Assembly: GCA_022813965.1 (NCBI GenBank)
Contig: JALDZS010000081.1
Location: 62,001 to 97,129 of the forward strand
Length of the DNA stretch: 35,129 bases
From: Toensbergia leucococca
Taxonomy: Eukaryota
Direction: 5' to 3'
Shown: piece by piece, positions 34,370 through 35,129 of the stretch
Numbering within the stretch: the first letter of the stretch is position 1
Layout: each line of letters opens with the position of its first letter
Position numbers and translations under genes: made by a program
Notes under the pieces: model-generated
What the model was told of the DNA's origin: nothing
Database searches by the model: none
Seen by the model: only the letters and a program-made list of their open reading frames with translations

Positions 34370-34682
34370 ATCTACTTATACCCTTTGAGCTAGACAACCA
34401 CAACAGTTGACACCTATCGCTCTGGCCCGCCTGTCAGTCTGATAGAGAACTAGCTGATATAAAAGATTCAGAAAAAACGGTCAAGAATCACCCAAACGCC
34501 AGCCCTCTGTCTATCTGAAACTTGAGTTCTACCTCTACCAAATTCACTTATACCCTTCGAGCTGGACAACCAAAACAGCTGAGACTTATCCCTCAGGCTC
34601 ACTCCTCAGTTCAATAAAGAACTCTCTGATATAAAAGATTCAGGAAAATTGGCCAACAAATACCCAAGTACTAGCCCTGGAT
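34370..34682 (+). repeat. Diverged direct duplication, period 172 bp
   Basis: ACTTATACCCTTyGAGCTrGACAACCA...CTGATATAAAAGATTCAG...AGCCCT occurs twice (anchors at 34381/34553 and 34454/34626). Confidence 0.8.
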
Positions 34683-35129
34683 CTTACTCCCCTCAACGAC
34701 AAAACCACCTTTATTAGACAACAACACAACAACCACTCTTCTATACAAGTAGAGACTTGATAGGGCTTATCATCTGCCTATCAAGCAGTGATAGCTGAGC
34801 TCTCTGGGTAAATCAATTCACAGGCACAAAATTGTCAGCCTAGATCCTTACCCTACTATACACTAAACATCTCACCTTACAACAACAACCATCAACCACT
34901 AACTCTCCTTTGTCTACCTGCTTTATTATATCAAGTGTACTATCATTGTATCTCATTATAATTGGTTGCTTGTGGACCAGAAAAAAGCCCTGGGCTAGAG
35001 TTATCTCAATCTTTTGCGTAGCATTTTCTTTTCAGAAGACCAAGACCAGGATTTTCTATTACTGTTCTCCCCCAGCCAAGTGCCAGCGGAATCGATTAAG
35101 CCCCCAGTCTAGAAGACCTGTTAGGAGTA

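Noticed and set aside
23100..35129. Whole AT-rich block as a Starship
   Set aside because: No DUF3435 captain or cargo genes are recognisable, and the left edge is a Tc1/mariner relic.

Overview
Filamentous ascomycete (Pezizomycotina-type) genomic DNA in two compartments. Bases 1-~23,100 are gene-dense and carry 11 mostly intron-containing genes: NASP/Sim3 histone chaperone, a Yippee-family protein, ODC antizyme OAZ1, MPE1, HIS7, DCD1, ATG7, MRM2, an uncharacterised coiled-coil protein, OST3/6 and a low-complexity DUF4646-like protein. A ~630-bp MITE sits just upstream of OAZ1. Bases ~23,100-33,900 are an AT-rich, RIP-mutated transposon nest: a Tc1/mariner relic, then a minus-strand Ty3/Gypsy chromovirus pol relic with two insertions. 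One insertion is a 1.6-kb element with asymmetric TIRs carrying a 9-copy ~100-bp array. The other is a 3.95-kb Copia-type LTR element with gag and protease but no integrase or RT. The last ~2.5 kb is unresolved degraded or repetitive sequence. Highlights: (1) OAZ1 has the canonical UCC-UGA +1 frameshift, but as assembled it needs a second +1 shift in a C8 run, which is either a homopolymer error or real; (2) the asymmetric-TIR mini-element; (3) the gag-protease-only LTR element with a repeat-encoding ORF. All gene models and alignments were done by eye; no database searches were run.
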